DNA of 64,000 nucleotides from Squalus acanthias (lineage: Eukaryota): NCBI GenBank assembly GCA_030390025.1, contig CM059432.1, positions 64,110,001 through 64,174,000 of the forward strand, read 5' to 3'. The notes beneath the pieces are model-generated. The model saw only the letters and a program-made list of their open reading frames with translations, searched no databases and was not told the DNA's origin. Of this stretch, positions 50,601 to 60,687 are shown one piece after another (the stretch's first letter is position 1; every line of letters begins with the position of its first letter). A program made the translations under genes and the position numbers.

Positions 50601-51417
50601 TTTGGATGTCGAGGGCGGAGGCCGGGATGATGCTGTGCTGAGCTCCAGTGTTGCACAGGAACCGACGGCCGGTTTTGTCATCTGTGACGTACAGCAGGGA
50701 GCCCGCGTGGCCCACGGCCATCGCGGGGGCTGGTACGGGGGCGGACTTGAAAGAGCAGGGAGGTGTGCACCGTTGTGCCCTGGCGCCGAACCGTGCGTGG
50801 TAGTAACAGTGGCCCGGGTTAGTGGGGCACGAAGGCCCCGTGAGCCCGGTGGCTGGGCCTTGTGGCCACGTGGTGGCCGGTGAGGGGTGCGCCCAGGCAG
50901 TGGCTGCCAGGTCCGGACTGATGTCGCGGCTGGAGTGAGCGGACAGCAGCTTGTCGGCCTCATCGGCCAGGGCTTCCAGGTCCATGAGGCCGGACGCCAC
51001 GATCGCTGGGCGAATGCTGAGACGTAGCTGGCGGATGATCAGCGTGCGGAAGAGGGATCCGGGTGGGCTCTCGTCGGTGAGGGAGAGCATGTGGGAGAGG
51101 AGGTCTGACGGTGAGGCATCACCGAGGCCTGGAAGGTCGAGGAGGTGGCAGTTTCGCTGGTATGTTGAGGCCGTAAATTTTTTAAGGAGCGTGGCCTTAA
51201 GATGTGCATACTTGCCCTCCTCTGGTGGGTTCTGCAGCACTGTCCAGACCTTCGTAACTGTGGAGCTACTGAGTGATGTGACGAGGTAGTCGTACTTCGT
51301 CCCATCTGTGGTGATGTGTCGCAGCCGGAATCGGGACTCGGCTTGGAGGAACCAGGCTTCGGGCTGGTTTTCCCAAAACGCCGGCAGTTTCATGGAAACT
51401 GCGTTCGTGTCCGCCAT
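47606..51417 (-). pseudogene. Gypsy gag-pol polyprotein with few lesions
   Basis: Gag KLPAFW..PEAWF, CYYH-x9-C-x3-C; protease LCNTGA (D>N); RT YLDH (D>H); RNase H TDAS; integrase HHCC, D,D35E, GPY; TGA at 50500-50502 and 1-bp frameshift near 48265. Confidence 0.93.
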
Positions 51418-51442
51418 TGCAGTGCTCGGAATACGTTCTGAG

Positions 51443-51456
51443 CGTCGGGGTCACCA
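51443..51456 (-). promoter_or_regulatory. Primer-binding site complementary to tRNA-Trp 3' end
   Basis: TGGTGACCCCGACG directly after the 5' LTR. Confidence 0.85.
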
Positions 51457-51457
51457 A

Positions 51458-51735
51458 TGTTGTGGCTGCCTTGAAGCACGAATTGAGGCCGAGTCAATAT
51501 GTGGAGCACATGGCTTTTAATTACATACTCCTTGGCAAAATGGCTGCTACAACTTCTCTCTGCAAAACCCTACTCGTGGAGGGCGACACCCGCTCATTTT
51601 AAGTTCACACTGAGGGCGACGCCCACTCCTTTTTTCATGCCTGAAAGGCAGCATGCGCCTTAAAGGCAAGGTGCCCGATTTATTGTCCACGGGCGGAAAA
51701 GTGGATTGCGCCCGTTTAGGTGGCGATCCGCCACA
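51458..51735 (-). repeat. 5' LTR (278 bp)
   Basis: About 11 differences from the 3' LTR, counted by eye. Confidence 0.95.
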
Positions 51736-52015
51736 ACTTCATGTATGTGGAAGACCCCACAGGCTTGAGCGAATTACTTGGCCTATTTTTAAAGAACAAT
51801 GCTTTGAGATGTTTAGGTTTACTAAGGATGTATTAAATCCTGGTTGCAGATGTGGAGGGCTAGTCAGTGATTTCAACTCCTGTGTCTGTGGCCATTAAAG
51901 TGACAATTGTATTTTTTTTGACAATAGTCATTAACTTTTTTTATACAAAGTGCTATCCAGGAACCAGGAGGAGATTGCAGTGACATTGGTCAAGGTACCA
52001 ATATTCCCACATTTA
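51736..52015 (+). pseudogene. Ancient Harbinger transposase N-terminal relic, the Gypsy insertion site; left part ~47245-47308
   Basis: ERITW..FKEQCFEMFRFTKDV and TPVSVAIKVT resemble EEQC..RLCFTKEV and TALRVAVKVS at 2500-2640. Confidence 0.5.
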
Positions 52016-52149
52016 GGTTTAGATTTGCTATGTATCCTTTTAGTAACCCTTGGCTTCTTTTTGCTCGAGAATGGTTTTAAAAATTACACATTTATTCTCA
52101 GCATCTATTTCCTTATCCAATACGGTTGTCCAATCAACTTCTTCCAAGT

Positions 52150-52271
52150 TGACTGGGGATACGGGGAAAGAGTGGGGGAGTGAGACTAACTGGATTGCTC
52201 TTTGAAAGAGCTGGTGCAAACTCGATGGGCTGAATGGCCTCCTTCTGTGATGTATTATTCTATGATTCTAA
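52150..52271 (+). mobile_element. CR1 3' tail
   Basis: GATGGGCTGAATGGCCTCCTTCTGTG..ATTCTATGATTCTAA. Confidence 0.85.
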
Positions 52272-53166
52272 GGGGGAAAAATTCAGTCGCGCCCCGTTTG
52301 GGGCGCAAATATCGGCCGGGCGCAAAGATTAGCGCCTGGCGCTAATTATCGCCACTGACTGCAAACTTGACTTTTATCGCCCCTGGAGGTGATTGCAGCT
52401 CTAAATCAGGCGCTTCACACCTGTCTTAAGGTGCAAAGTCCGAGGAGCGAGGCGCTACCTCAGAGCGCTGGCGAAGCTCATGTAATGTCAGTCAGCAATG
52501 GAACACACACACAATGGCACGGGCCAGTTCTTAAAGGGGATGGTTAATCTTGCTTTCCATCCACATCCTGCTCATTGCAGCCTTGAATCTCGGCCTGGAG
52601 AGATTTGCACATCAAATGTGCCGGAAAGAACAATGGAGAGTACCAGGCAAAGAGCTCAGAGTGCAGCCCCCACAGTCTCTGCTAAATCGTTACAAGGAAT
52701 GGCAAATCAAAATGAACCTGCAAAGTGCTGCTCAGTACCCAAAACTCCTTCACACAACGTTGAATCTCTCCCCAGAAGTCTCTCCCTCTCTCTCTCAGAA
52801 TGCGTAGTTCAAAAATGGCACCAACAATAAAAGGCAGGAAGCGGTCACCTTTAAATAGCGCTCCCCCTTTCCCTTCATGACTGCAGAACGCTCCCCTCAA
52901 CCTGTCATTGCTAGCGTCAGGTGGTAAGGCAGGGGGCGCCACTAAATATCCGCTCTGGGGCAATACCGGGGCGTTGCGCACTCGAGTGACGTCATGATCT
53001 GCCGGCGCAGGAGATCGCGGCGATAAAGTTTAGCGCCGCCGCAAAATGTCTAGTTAAGTTCGCGGGCGGCGCAAACATCGCTGCGCCCGGGCGCTAGCTG
53101 CTTTGCGCCCCATTAGCGCCCTCTTAAGGCGCTAACGGGAGGCGCAACCAACTGAATTTTTCCCCC
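52272..53166. mobile_element. Harbinger MITE family B, complete (895 bp)
   Basis: TIR GGGGGAAAAATTCAGT / ACTGAATTTTTCCCCC perfect; TSD TAA. Confidence 0.93.
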
Positions 53167-53663
53167 TAAGTCTTTAGCCAGTTTATTGAAATTAGCCCTC
53201 CTGAAGTTAGGAACCAACATTAAATTGTTAATAGCTTTTGCTTGGCTCATAAGATTTAATTATATTATGATCACAGCTACCCTGGTGTTCCCCCATATGG
53301 AGTTGCGATAGGTCAAACATTTGAAATCCCCTAATCACATCACTAACATGTTGAGTTAAAATCAATCATTTATTGTATCCACAAATGTTCCAGCTAATTT
53401 GCCCACCACACCTGATGGTTCATTGTCAGTCCATTTTTATACAAAAGAAAGTTGAAGTCCCCCAAGATACAGACATGACCTAATCTAGAAGCTGTAACAT
53501 TTTCTGAGCAAAGGGCCTCATTTCCAAGAGGTCCTTGTCCTGAAACAGGTCTATACCAGGTCCCAATTATTAAATTAGAGCCATCAGCTTGAATTAATTG
53601 TACTCAGATAGATTCAGTTGCTGTCGATGTAACAATATCATTTCTTACCAGAGTAGATAGATT

Positions 53664-54406
53664 GGCCCAAAAATGAGTCTTACTACGCGAGAGTACGCAC
53701 TGTGTACTCTCACGTATTCTGTCTCCAATTGCCGGTTTTCTGCATGCACTGCGCATGCGCTGAAAACTGGCACTTGGTGAACTCAAAAGGGGGCGGTTCC
53801 TAAGTGAACCGCGTGCGCGCTACAGGCTGCACGCACACAGTGCACTTAGTGCTTTGAACGCGCAGGTAAGCAGGGAAGATTTTGCACATAAAGAAAGGAG
53901 GCGTAAGACCCTCTTTTAACAAGGTAAGTAGTTAATTAAGTATTATTTTAAATTTTTTCAACAGGTATATCTTTTTTAGAGACTTTAAAGAAAGGTAAGT
54001 TTATTTTTATAACTTTTAAAAAGATTTTAAATTTTTTCAAAAATTTTATTTTTTGTTTAAAGTGGTTAATTTATTTAACTATACTTATTTTATTAATGTG
54101 ATGGTTTTTTTTTTAAATTTAATTGAGATTTAGCTGTTCTTTTGGGGGGGTATAGATTCATAGCTTTGACAGCCCTTGCTGTCAAAACTATGAATGAAAG
54201 ATGGTGTGCTGCCATTGGCTCTAACTGAATCACGTGATCCCACAGCTCGCACGAATTAACTGCGCCTGTGGGATACGCACACACTGCACAGCTGCAGCCT
54301 TGAAACTAAAGTTCGTGTGAGCTCAGAAGGAAAAGGCAGGCGCGCAGTGAGATATCGCGGGGAAGCCTTACCCCCACAGGAAGGCTCCGTCTTTAATTTC
54401 TGGGCC
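53664..54406. mobile_element. Harbinger MITE with AT-rich core
   Basis: TIR GGCCCAAAAAT / ATTTCTGGGCC; TSD ATT. Confidence 0.8.
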
Positions 54407-55231
54407 ATTATCTTCAACAAGTTTAATTTACACGGTCGGAAAATCATGCAGAGCATGCACCTGAATTACTTCTACATATAGCCTGATGCATCCAGCTTAT
54501 ATTATGATACTCTGAACAGTGGTTGTTATTTAAGAAGAAGCACCTCTACCATTTTCTACACACAATAAACAACACCACAGCTCCTAAAAATGCATCTCAA
54601 CATGTGAGAACAAACAGCAGAGACAGGAAATTATATTTCTCAGCCTGAAGTCTGCCATAACCTACAGAAAGTCAGCATGTGAAATTTGTTACAAACATTG
54701 TCTCACAAAAGAAAGGCACAAATTCGAGCTATATTTTTTGCACGAATGAGGTGAGAAATAATAATGGAATCTGCATGTAGTGCAGTGGAACCGTGACAAC
54801 AGCATTCTGACTGGAGAGTGTGACCTGTGATCAGTGCCTTCTGTTACTCCCAATCTTGCTGAATGGCTCACTCAGAAGATTTCTTTTATTTGTTGTTCTT
54901 TCTTTGTACTCATGCTTACAGTGGTGAACAGACAAACATCCCAGATTGTTATTTATCTTCACAATGAATAACAGATTTTCTTTTAAAATATACTTTCTTA
55001 CTTTTGTGGTGTGCATGTTTTTACATTGCTGTAAAAGACTGAGAAAGTGTACCATGACAGTACATGTACATGGGGGGCGGGGGGGTGTGAATGTTACTCA
55101 AGTATTCTCCCACAACACTGCTGTAGCAGCGATGGAAACCCTATATATGTGTGTAAATGGGGTTCCCCCCAAAATTATGGCAGCAGAGAGGGGAGAAGCC
55201 CTGAAGGAACTCTGCCCACCCCCCACCCATT

Positions 55232-56014
55232 GGGCTGGATTTTGTCTTGGGGTCGTGCTGGGGTCGTGTAATCCGCATTTTGTGTTTCCCTCCCGACTCC
55301 AGATTAATGTGGATGCCTGATGCAATTTTCACTTAATTGGGCAATTGAGTTGGAGCATGTGGGAACCCATGAACCAATTAGTGTTTTCAGTCTGAAAGCC
55401 GCCTCTGATGATGTCATCATTGCTGACTGGCTAGTCTCAGAGACTGTTGGTGAGAGAGGACCTGCCTGGCTTTTGATGTGGGTGGACCTGGATGCAAAAA
55501 TGGGGGGTGGTGGTGTAGAGGAGAAGTGGGGGGGGGGAAGAGAGAGAGAGAGAGAGAGAGAGAGAATTTTTTGCCAAGCAAGTCCTCCTAGGCAGTCTCT
55601 GAAGACATTCAATGCAGCAGCATCAGAGGCGACGTTCAGACCTAATACTACTACCACCTTCATCACATCTCCGTTGTAATAGTGGACCTGCAGCCGATAG
55701 TCAGCTATCCACTTGTGCTCCTGCCAGGTTTCACTGGAGTGTTTCACACCAGGCGTGCTTCACGTCAGAAGAGGGTTAAACTAGCTACAGCATTTCAAAA
55801 TGGCATTACAGAGCCAATTTAGAGCTTGTTAAGGGCTTTAATGGCCTCTCCCACCTCTTGAAGGCGGGACGGAGTCGGGAACCCCGCGACTGATTATGTC
55901 AAAATTGCGTGGAGGCGGGATGGAGTCAGGATGGGGTCGGAAACCCCGACCCCACAAATTTAACCCCCCACACGCCTCCAAACCCGACTCCATGGGTCAT
56001 TCAAAATCCAGCCC
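55232..56014. mobile_element. Harbinger MITE containing a (GA)n tract
   Basis: Perfect TIR GGGCTGGATTTTG / CAAAATCCAGCCC; TSD ATT. Confidence 0.88.
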
Positions 56015-57089
56015 ATTGTATTTTTACTGGTAGCAATACCAGGAACACCCTGTAGGATCTGAAAGAATATCAGTTTTGTGAGACTGGGCCATCGACATTA
56101 CCAGGTTATTTTTGACAGCAAGTTACAGATTAAACAAGTTCATGATCATGTTTAATCACTACCATGTATATGTGTACAAATGGGATTAGCACGCATGATT
56201 TGCTTTGAAAACGCAGGTGTATCAAGCTGCTTTTTTTTGTTGCTAATTATTTGTAGCTGAAAATCTGCCTTGAGGCTTTACTTTCAGCAGCTCATGTTTC
56301 CAAGTAGGAATGTCTAGAAAAATAAATTCTTATGCATCAGTTAATAGGAAGAGATTGAATTGTTTTGTTAATGATGCTACAGCAGCTGCTTATAAAAGAA
56401 AAAATGCACATGTGAAAGTTTGAATAGAGAAAGGTCACTATACTCCTGAAGCCCATTCCTTCTACACAGCATGTGCAGCCTACCTTCCATGGGCTGTACC
56501 TCCTCATTTTAATCTCCAGAGGGTGAGTTCTGTATAAATATTCTTTGACCACCAGAATACTCATCCATCCCCACATATCCAATATTCAGTGCAGCTCTCT
56601 TCTCTCCAAAGACAACAATCTCCCCTTTCTCCACACTTTAGGATTACAGGAGCCCATTGTGTCATAACAGCATTTGATCATCTCATTCTCGATATATCCT
56701 GATAATATCCAAACCCATTCCCAACTAGTTATTTATCCATCTCCCTTTTAATGGAGAGAATTTTCTCTGCTTCAATTGCTTTTCCTGGGAGCCTGTACTA
56801 TCGGATATGGTAGCATAGTGGTTATGTTACTGGAATGCAGAGGCCTGGACTAATGATCCAAGAGACGTAAGTTCAAATCTCACAGCAGCTGGGAAATTTA
56901 AATTCGGTTAATTAAATAAAATCTGGAATAAAAAGCTAGTATCAGTTATGGTGACCATAAAACTATCGGATTGTCGTAAAAACCCATCTGGTTCACTAAT
57001 GTCCTTTAGGGAAGAAGATCGGCTGTCCTTACCTTGTCTGGCCTATATGTGACACCAGACTCACAACAATGTGGTTGACTCTTAACTGC

Positions 57090-57150
57090 TTGATGGCCGG
57101 TATGGGCACGATGGGCTGAAGGGCCTCTTTCTGTGCTGTATAACTCTATG
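57090..57150 (+). mobile_element. Tiny CR1 3' tail insertion
   Basis: GATGGGCTGAAGGGCCTCTTTCTGTGCTGTATAACTCTATG splitting the host TTAACTGC|CCTCT. Confidence 0.7.
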
Positions 57151-57414
57151 CCCTCTAAAATGGCCTAGCAAGCCACTCAGTTGTACCAAACTGCTACGAA
57201 TAATAATAAGAATAAAACCGGATGGACCACCCGGCATTGACCTAGGCACCGACTTCAGACACAACAGCGGCACACCCAGCCCTGTCGACCGTGCAAAGTC
57301 CTCCTGACTAACACCTGGGGAATTGTACCAAAATTGGGAGAGCTGTCCCACAGGCTAGTCAAGCAACAGCTTGACATAGCCATGCTCACAGAATCATACC
57401 TTTCAGCCAATGTC

Positions 57415-58282
57415 GACTGCAACAGGACATAGAAAGGCGAGCAGAATTGGCAGACAAGTGGCAGATGGAATTTAATACAGATAAGTGTGAGGTGATGCAT
57501 TTTGGCAGAAGGAACAGGGAAAGGCAATATACACTTAATGGCACAGTTTTAAAGAGTGTGCAGGGACAGAGGGACCTGGGAGTTAATGTGCATAGGTCCC
57601 TGAAGGTGGCAGGACATATTGAGAGAGTGGTTAAAAAAGCATATGGGATCTTGGGCTTCATAAATAGAGGCATGGAGTACAAAAGTAGAGAAATTATGCT
57701 GAACCTTTATAAAGCGCCGGTTAGGCCACAACTGGAGTATTGCGTCCAGTTCTGGTCACCACACTTTAGAAAGGATGTGAAGGCCTTTGAGAGCATGCAG
57801 AGGGGATTTACCAGAATGGTTCCGGGGATGGGGGATCTTAGCTACAAGGACAGGTTGGAGAAGCTGGAATTGTTTTCATTAGAGCAAAGGAGGTTGAGGG
57901 GTGATTTGATAGAGGTGTACAAGATTATGACGGGTTTGGATAGGCTAGACGGGGAAAGGCTGTTCCCACTAGTTGATGGTACAAGGATTAGGGGACACAG
58001 ATTTAAGGTTTTGGGCAAGAGATACAAGGGGAATGTGAGGAAAAACTTTTTTTGCACGGCGAGTGGTGAGGACCTGGAACTCGCTGCCGACGGAAGTGGT
58101 GGATGCGGAGACACTCAATGTTTTCAAGGGGAGATTGGATAGGCATTTGAGGGAAATAAACTTGCAGGGCTATGTGAATAGAGCGGGGCAATGGGACTGA
58201 CTGGATTGCTCTACAGAGAGCTGGCATGGGCTCGATGGGCCGAATGGCCTCCTTCTGTGCCGTAATGACTCTATGACTTTAT
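57415..58282 (+). mobile_element. 5'-truncated CR1 with (GACTCTAT)n tail, tail resuming at 58846
   Basis: ORF 57447-58142 WADKWQMEFN...RPQLEYCVQFWSP; ATGTC at both junctions. Confidence 0.93.
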
Positions 58283-58845
58283 GGGGGGGGTGGGCGCCCC
58301 AAAAAAGTTAGCGCCCCCACGGCCAATTTTCCCAGATAGTGCCCCGAGAGGGAGGAGGGGCGCTACTGGAAGCGCCTCGCGTCCCACTTGGGGCGCTGTG
58401 AGCCAATATCGCAGCGCTATGTCCCGCAGCGCCACGCCCTGTGGCACATCGCGCCGCAGTACTGCAGGCCTTCCTCCCCTTATTAAAGGGGAGGGGCCTG
58501 GCGCAGCGCATCGCAGTGCCCAGCTGGGCCACCAGGGGTCGGGATTGCCAGCAAACGAGCCCGGCACTCATGAGGAGTGCCGGGCTCACGGAGAGCAGCC
58601 GGCACCCCGCACGGGGGCTTCACAGGGGCCGGGGACAGCAACAGGGTTAGGTGCTGGCAGGCGGCCAGCAACAAAAATGGCCGCCTGCCATCTTCCCTTT
58701 AACTAGCGCCGCCCCGGCCACAGGTAGGCCCCCTTGACCCCGGCAGCCATAGCGTCCGGTTGTAAGTCGGGGGGGCGCCAGCCAATATTACAGCCGAGGC
58801 GCGAGCGGGGCGCTGGGAGGTGCAAATCAACTGAATTTAACCCCC
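58283..58845. mobile_element. Harbinger MITE family A (internally deleted) in a CR1 tail
   Basis: TSD TAT; right TIR CTGAATTTAACCCCC; homologous to 5704-6362. Confidence 0.88.
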
Positions 58846-60249
58846 TATGATTCTATGTCCCAGACTGCTCTATCACTCTATCACCATCCCTGCATATATC
58901 CTGTCCCATCGGCAGGACACTAGGTATTCTGTGGCGAGTGTCTTACCTCCTGACTCCCCAAAGCCTTTCCACCATCTACAAGGCACAAGTCAGGAGTGTG
59001 ATGGAATACTTTCCACTTGCCGAGATGAGTGCAACTCCAACATTCAAGAAGCTTGACACCATCCAGGACAAAGCAGCCCGCTTGATTGGCACCCCATCCA
59101 CCAGCTTAAACATCACTCCCTCCACCACCAGCGTACTGTAGCTGTAGTGTTTAGCATCTACAAGATGCACTGCAGCAACTCACCAAGGCTTCTTCGACAG
59201 CACCTCCCAAACTCGCGACCTCTACCACCTAGAAGGACAAGGGCAGCAGGTGCATGGGAACACAATCCCCTGCAAGTTCCCCTCCAAGTCACACACCATC
59301 CTGACATGTAAATATATCGCCGTTCCTTCATCGTTGCTAGGTCAAAATCCTGGAACACCCTCCCAAACAGCACTAAGGGAGTACCTTCACCACACAGACT
59401 GCAGCGGTTCAAGAAGGCGGCTCACCACCACCTTCTCAAGGGCAATTAGGGATGGGCAATAAATGTTGGCCTTGCCAGCGATGCCCACATCCCAGGAATG
59501 AGTAAAAAAACTGTCCACTACTCAGTGGGGGGAAAAAGTATCTTCTCATCTCTCCTCTCAGTTGAAGCTTGTTAGGGCCCATTTTCATTATTGGAACTGA
59601 AACACTACAGAGGAGACTTTCCTGGATTTAGAATCCAAATAGCCTCTGAAAAATGGACGTTATGCATAAGTACTGAGCCTTTTTCTTCATTCTGAACCTG
59701 AATATCACTGGAACTGAAGTGGGTGCTGAGGCTCCCCGCCAGGACTGTGCATTTGTAAAATTGGCCCTTATCATTGATAATGCAGCGGAGATGGTACATG
59801 GACATTAAGGAGACCTCTATAGACCAATTATAGGAAGAAAGTAAGATTTTATGTTTGAGCCCCAATATAGGACACTACAAATAATTGTGACTGTGTGGAA
59901 TGATAACAGTAATGACAATAATGCAACATGTTGAGGATGTGATTCACAACTAAATTATTATAGGTTTCAGTCCCAGAGTTCCTGGAGAATTCCCCATTCT
60001 CCTGCTTTAATTCAGAAAGATTAAAACGATGGGTATGGGATGAGGAAAGCTGTTTGGTTCATCCAACTTGTCCTTTCATATCATCTAAAAAGATTAAGCT
60101 AAGTATCGATAAGGAAGGTCATTATGAGTGAATAAGCTACGACTTATTAGGTAATTATAGTGCATCATTGAGAGTGGTTGTGGTGATGTCCCTAATTATT
60201 CTGTCTTACTAGTTGAATGGATCTGTGAAATAATAAGAATACAAACATC

Positions 60250-60687
60250 AGAAGTAATCAAAAAGGCTAATGGCAAGTTGGCTTTTATCTCAAGGGCATT
60301 GGAAGTCAAAATTGAGGAAGTGATGCTTCAGTTGCACAAAGCCTTGGTTTAACCTCATTTGGAGAACTGTGTTCAGTTTTGGGCAATAAACCTCAAGAAA
60401 GATATGTTGGTCTTTCAGGGATACAGTGCAGATTCACCAAAATGATACCAGGGCTTAATGGTTAAATTATGAGGACAGGTTGCATAAACTTGGTTTGTAT
60501 TTCCTTGAGTCTAGAAGATTAAGGGTGATCTAGTTGAGGTTTTTAAAATGATTAAGGGATTCAATAGGGTAGCTGCAGAGAAACTACTTACTCTAGTGGG
60601 GCAATCCAGAACATGAGGGCATAATCTTAAAATTAGAGCTAGGCCATTTAGAAGTGAAATCAGGAAGCATTTTTTCACACAAAGGGT
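60250..60687 (+). mobile_element. Old CR1 C-terminal fragment
   Basis: KKANGKL, HLENCVQFW, GDLVEVFK, RKHFFTQR. Confidence 0.8.

Larger units (their letters stand above)
47309..51735 (-). mobile_element. Complete Ty3/Gypsy LTR retrotransposon, CsRn1/Kabuki-like clade
   Basis: Two TG..CA LTRs, 4-bp TSD ACTT, tRNA-Trp PBS, PPT, and gag-PR-RT-RH-IN order. Confidence 0.96.
56803..59510 (+). mobile_element. tRNA-headed, internally deleted LINE derivative, interrupted by CR1 pieces and a MITE
   Basis: A box TAGCATAGTGG (56811), B box GTTCAAATC (56871); APE start TNTWGIVPKLGEL..DIAMLTESYL (57304-57414) resuming ITIPAYILSHRQD (~58880-58919), fused to an ORF2 3' end matching 30574-31140; A-rich tail. 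Confidence 0.8.

Noticed and set aside
48108..51520. Many plus-strand ORFs over the Gypsy element
   Set aside because: Expected antisense shadows of a GC-rich coding sequence
59605..59865. 86-aa minus-strand ORF as a host exon
   Set aside because: No clear splice signals or known domain; the faint NDKGQF/WILNP resemblance to Harbinger transposase is too weak to call
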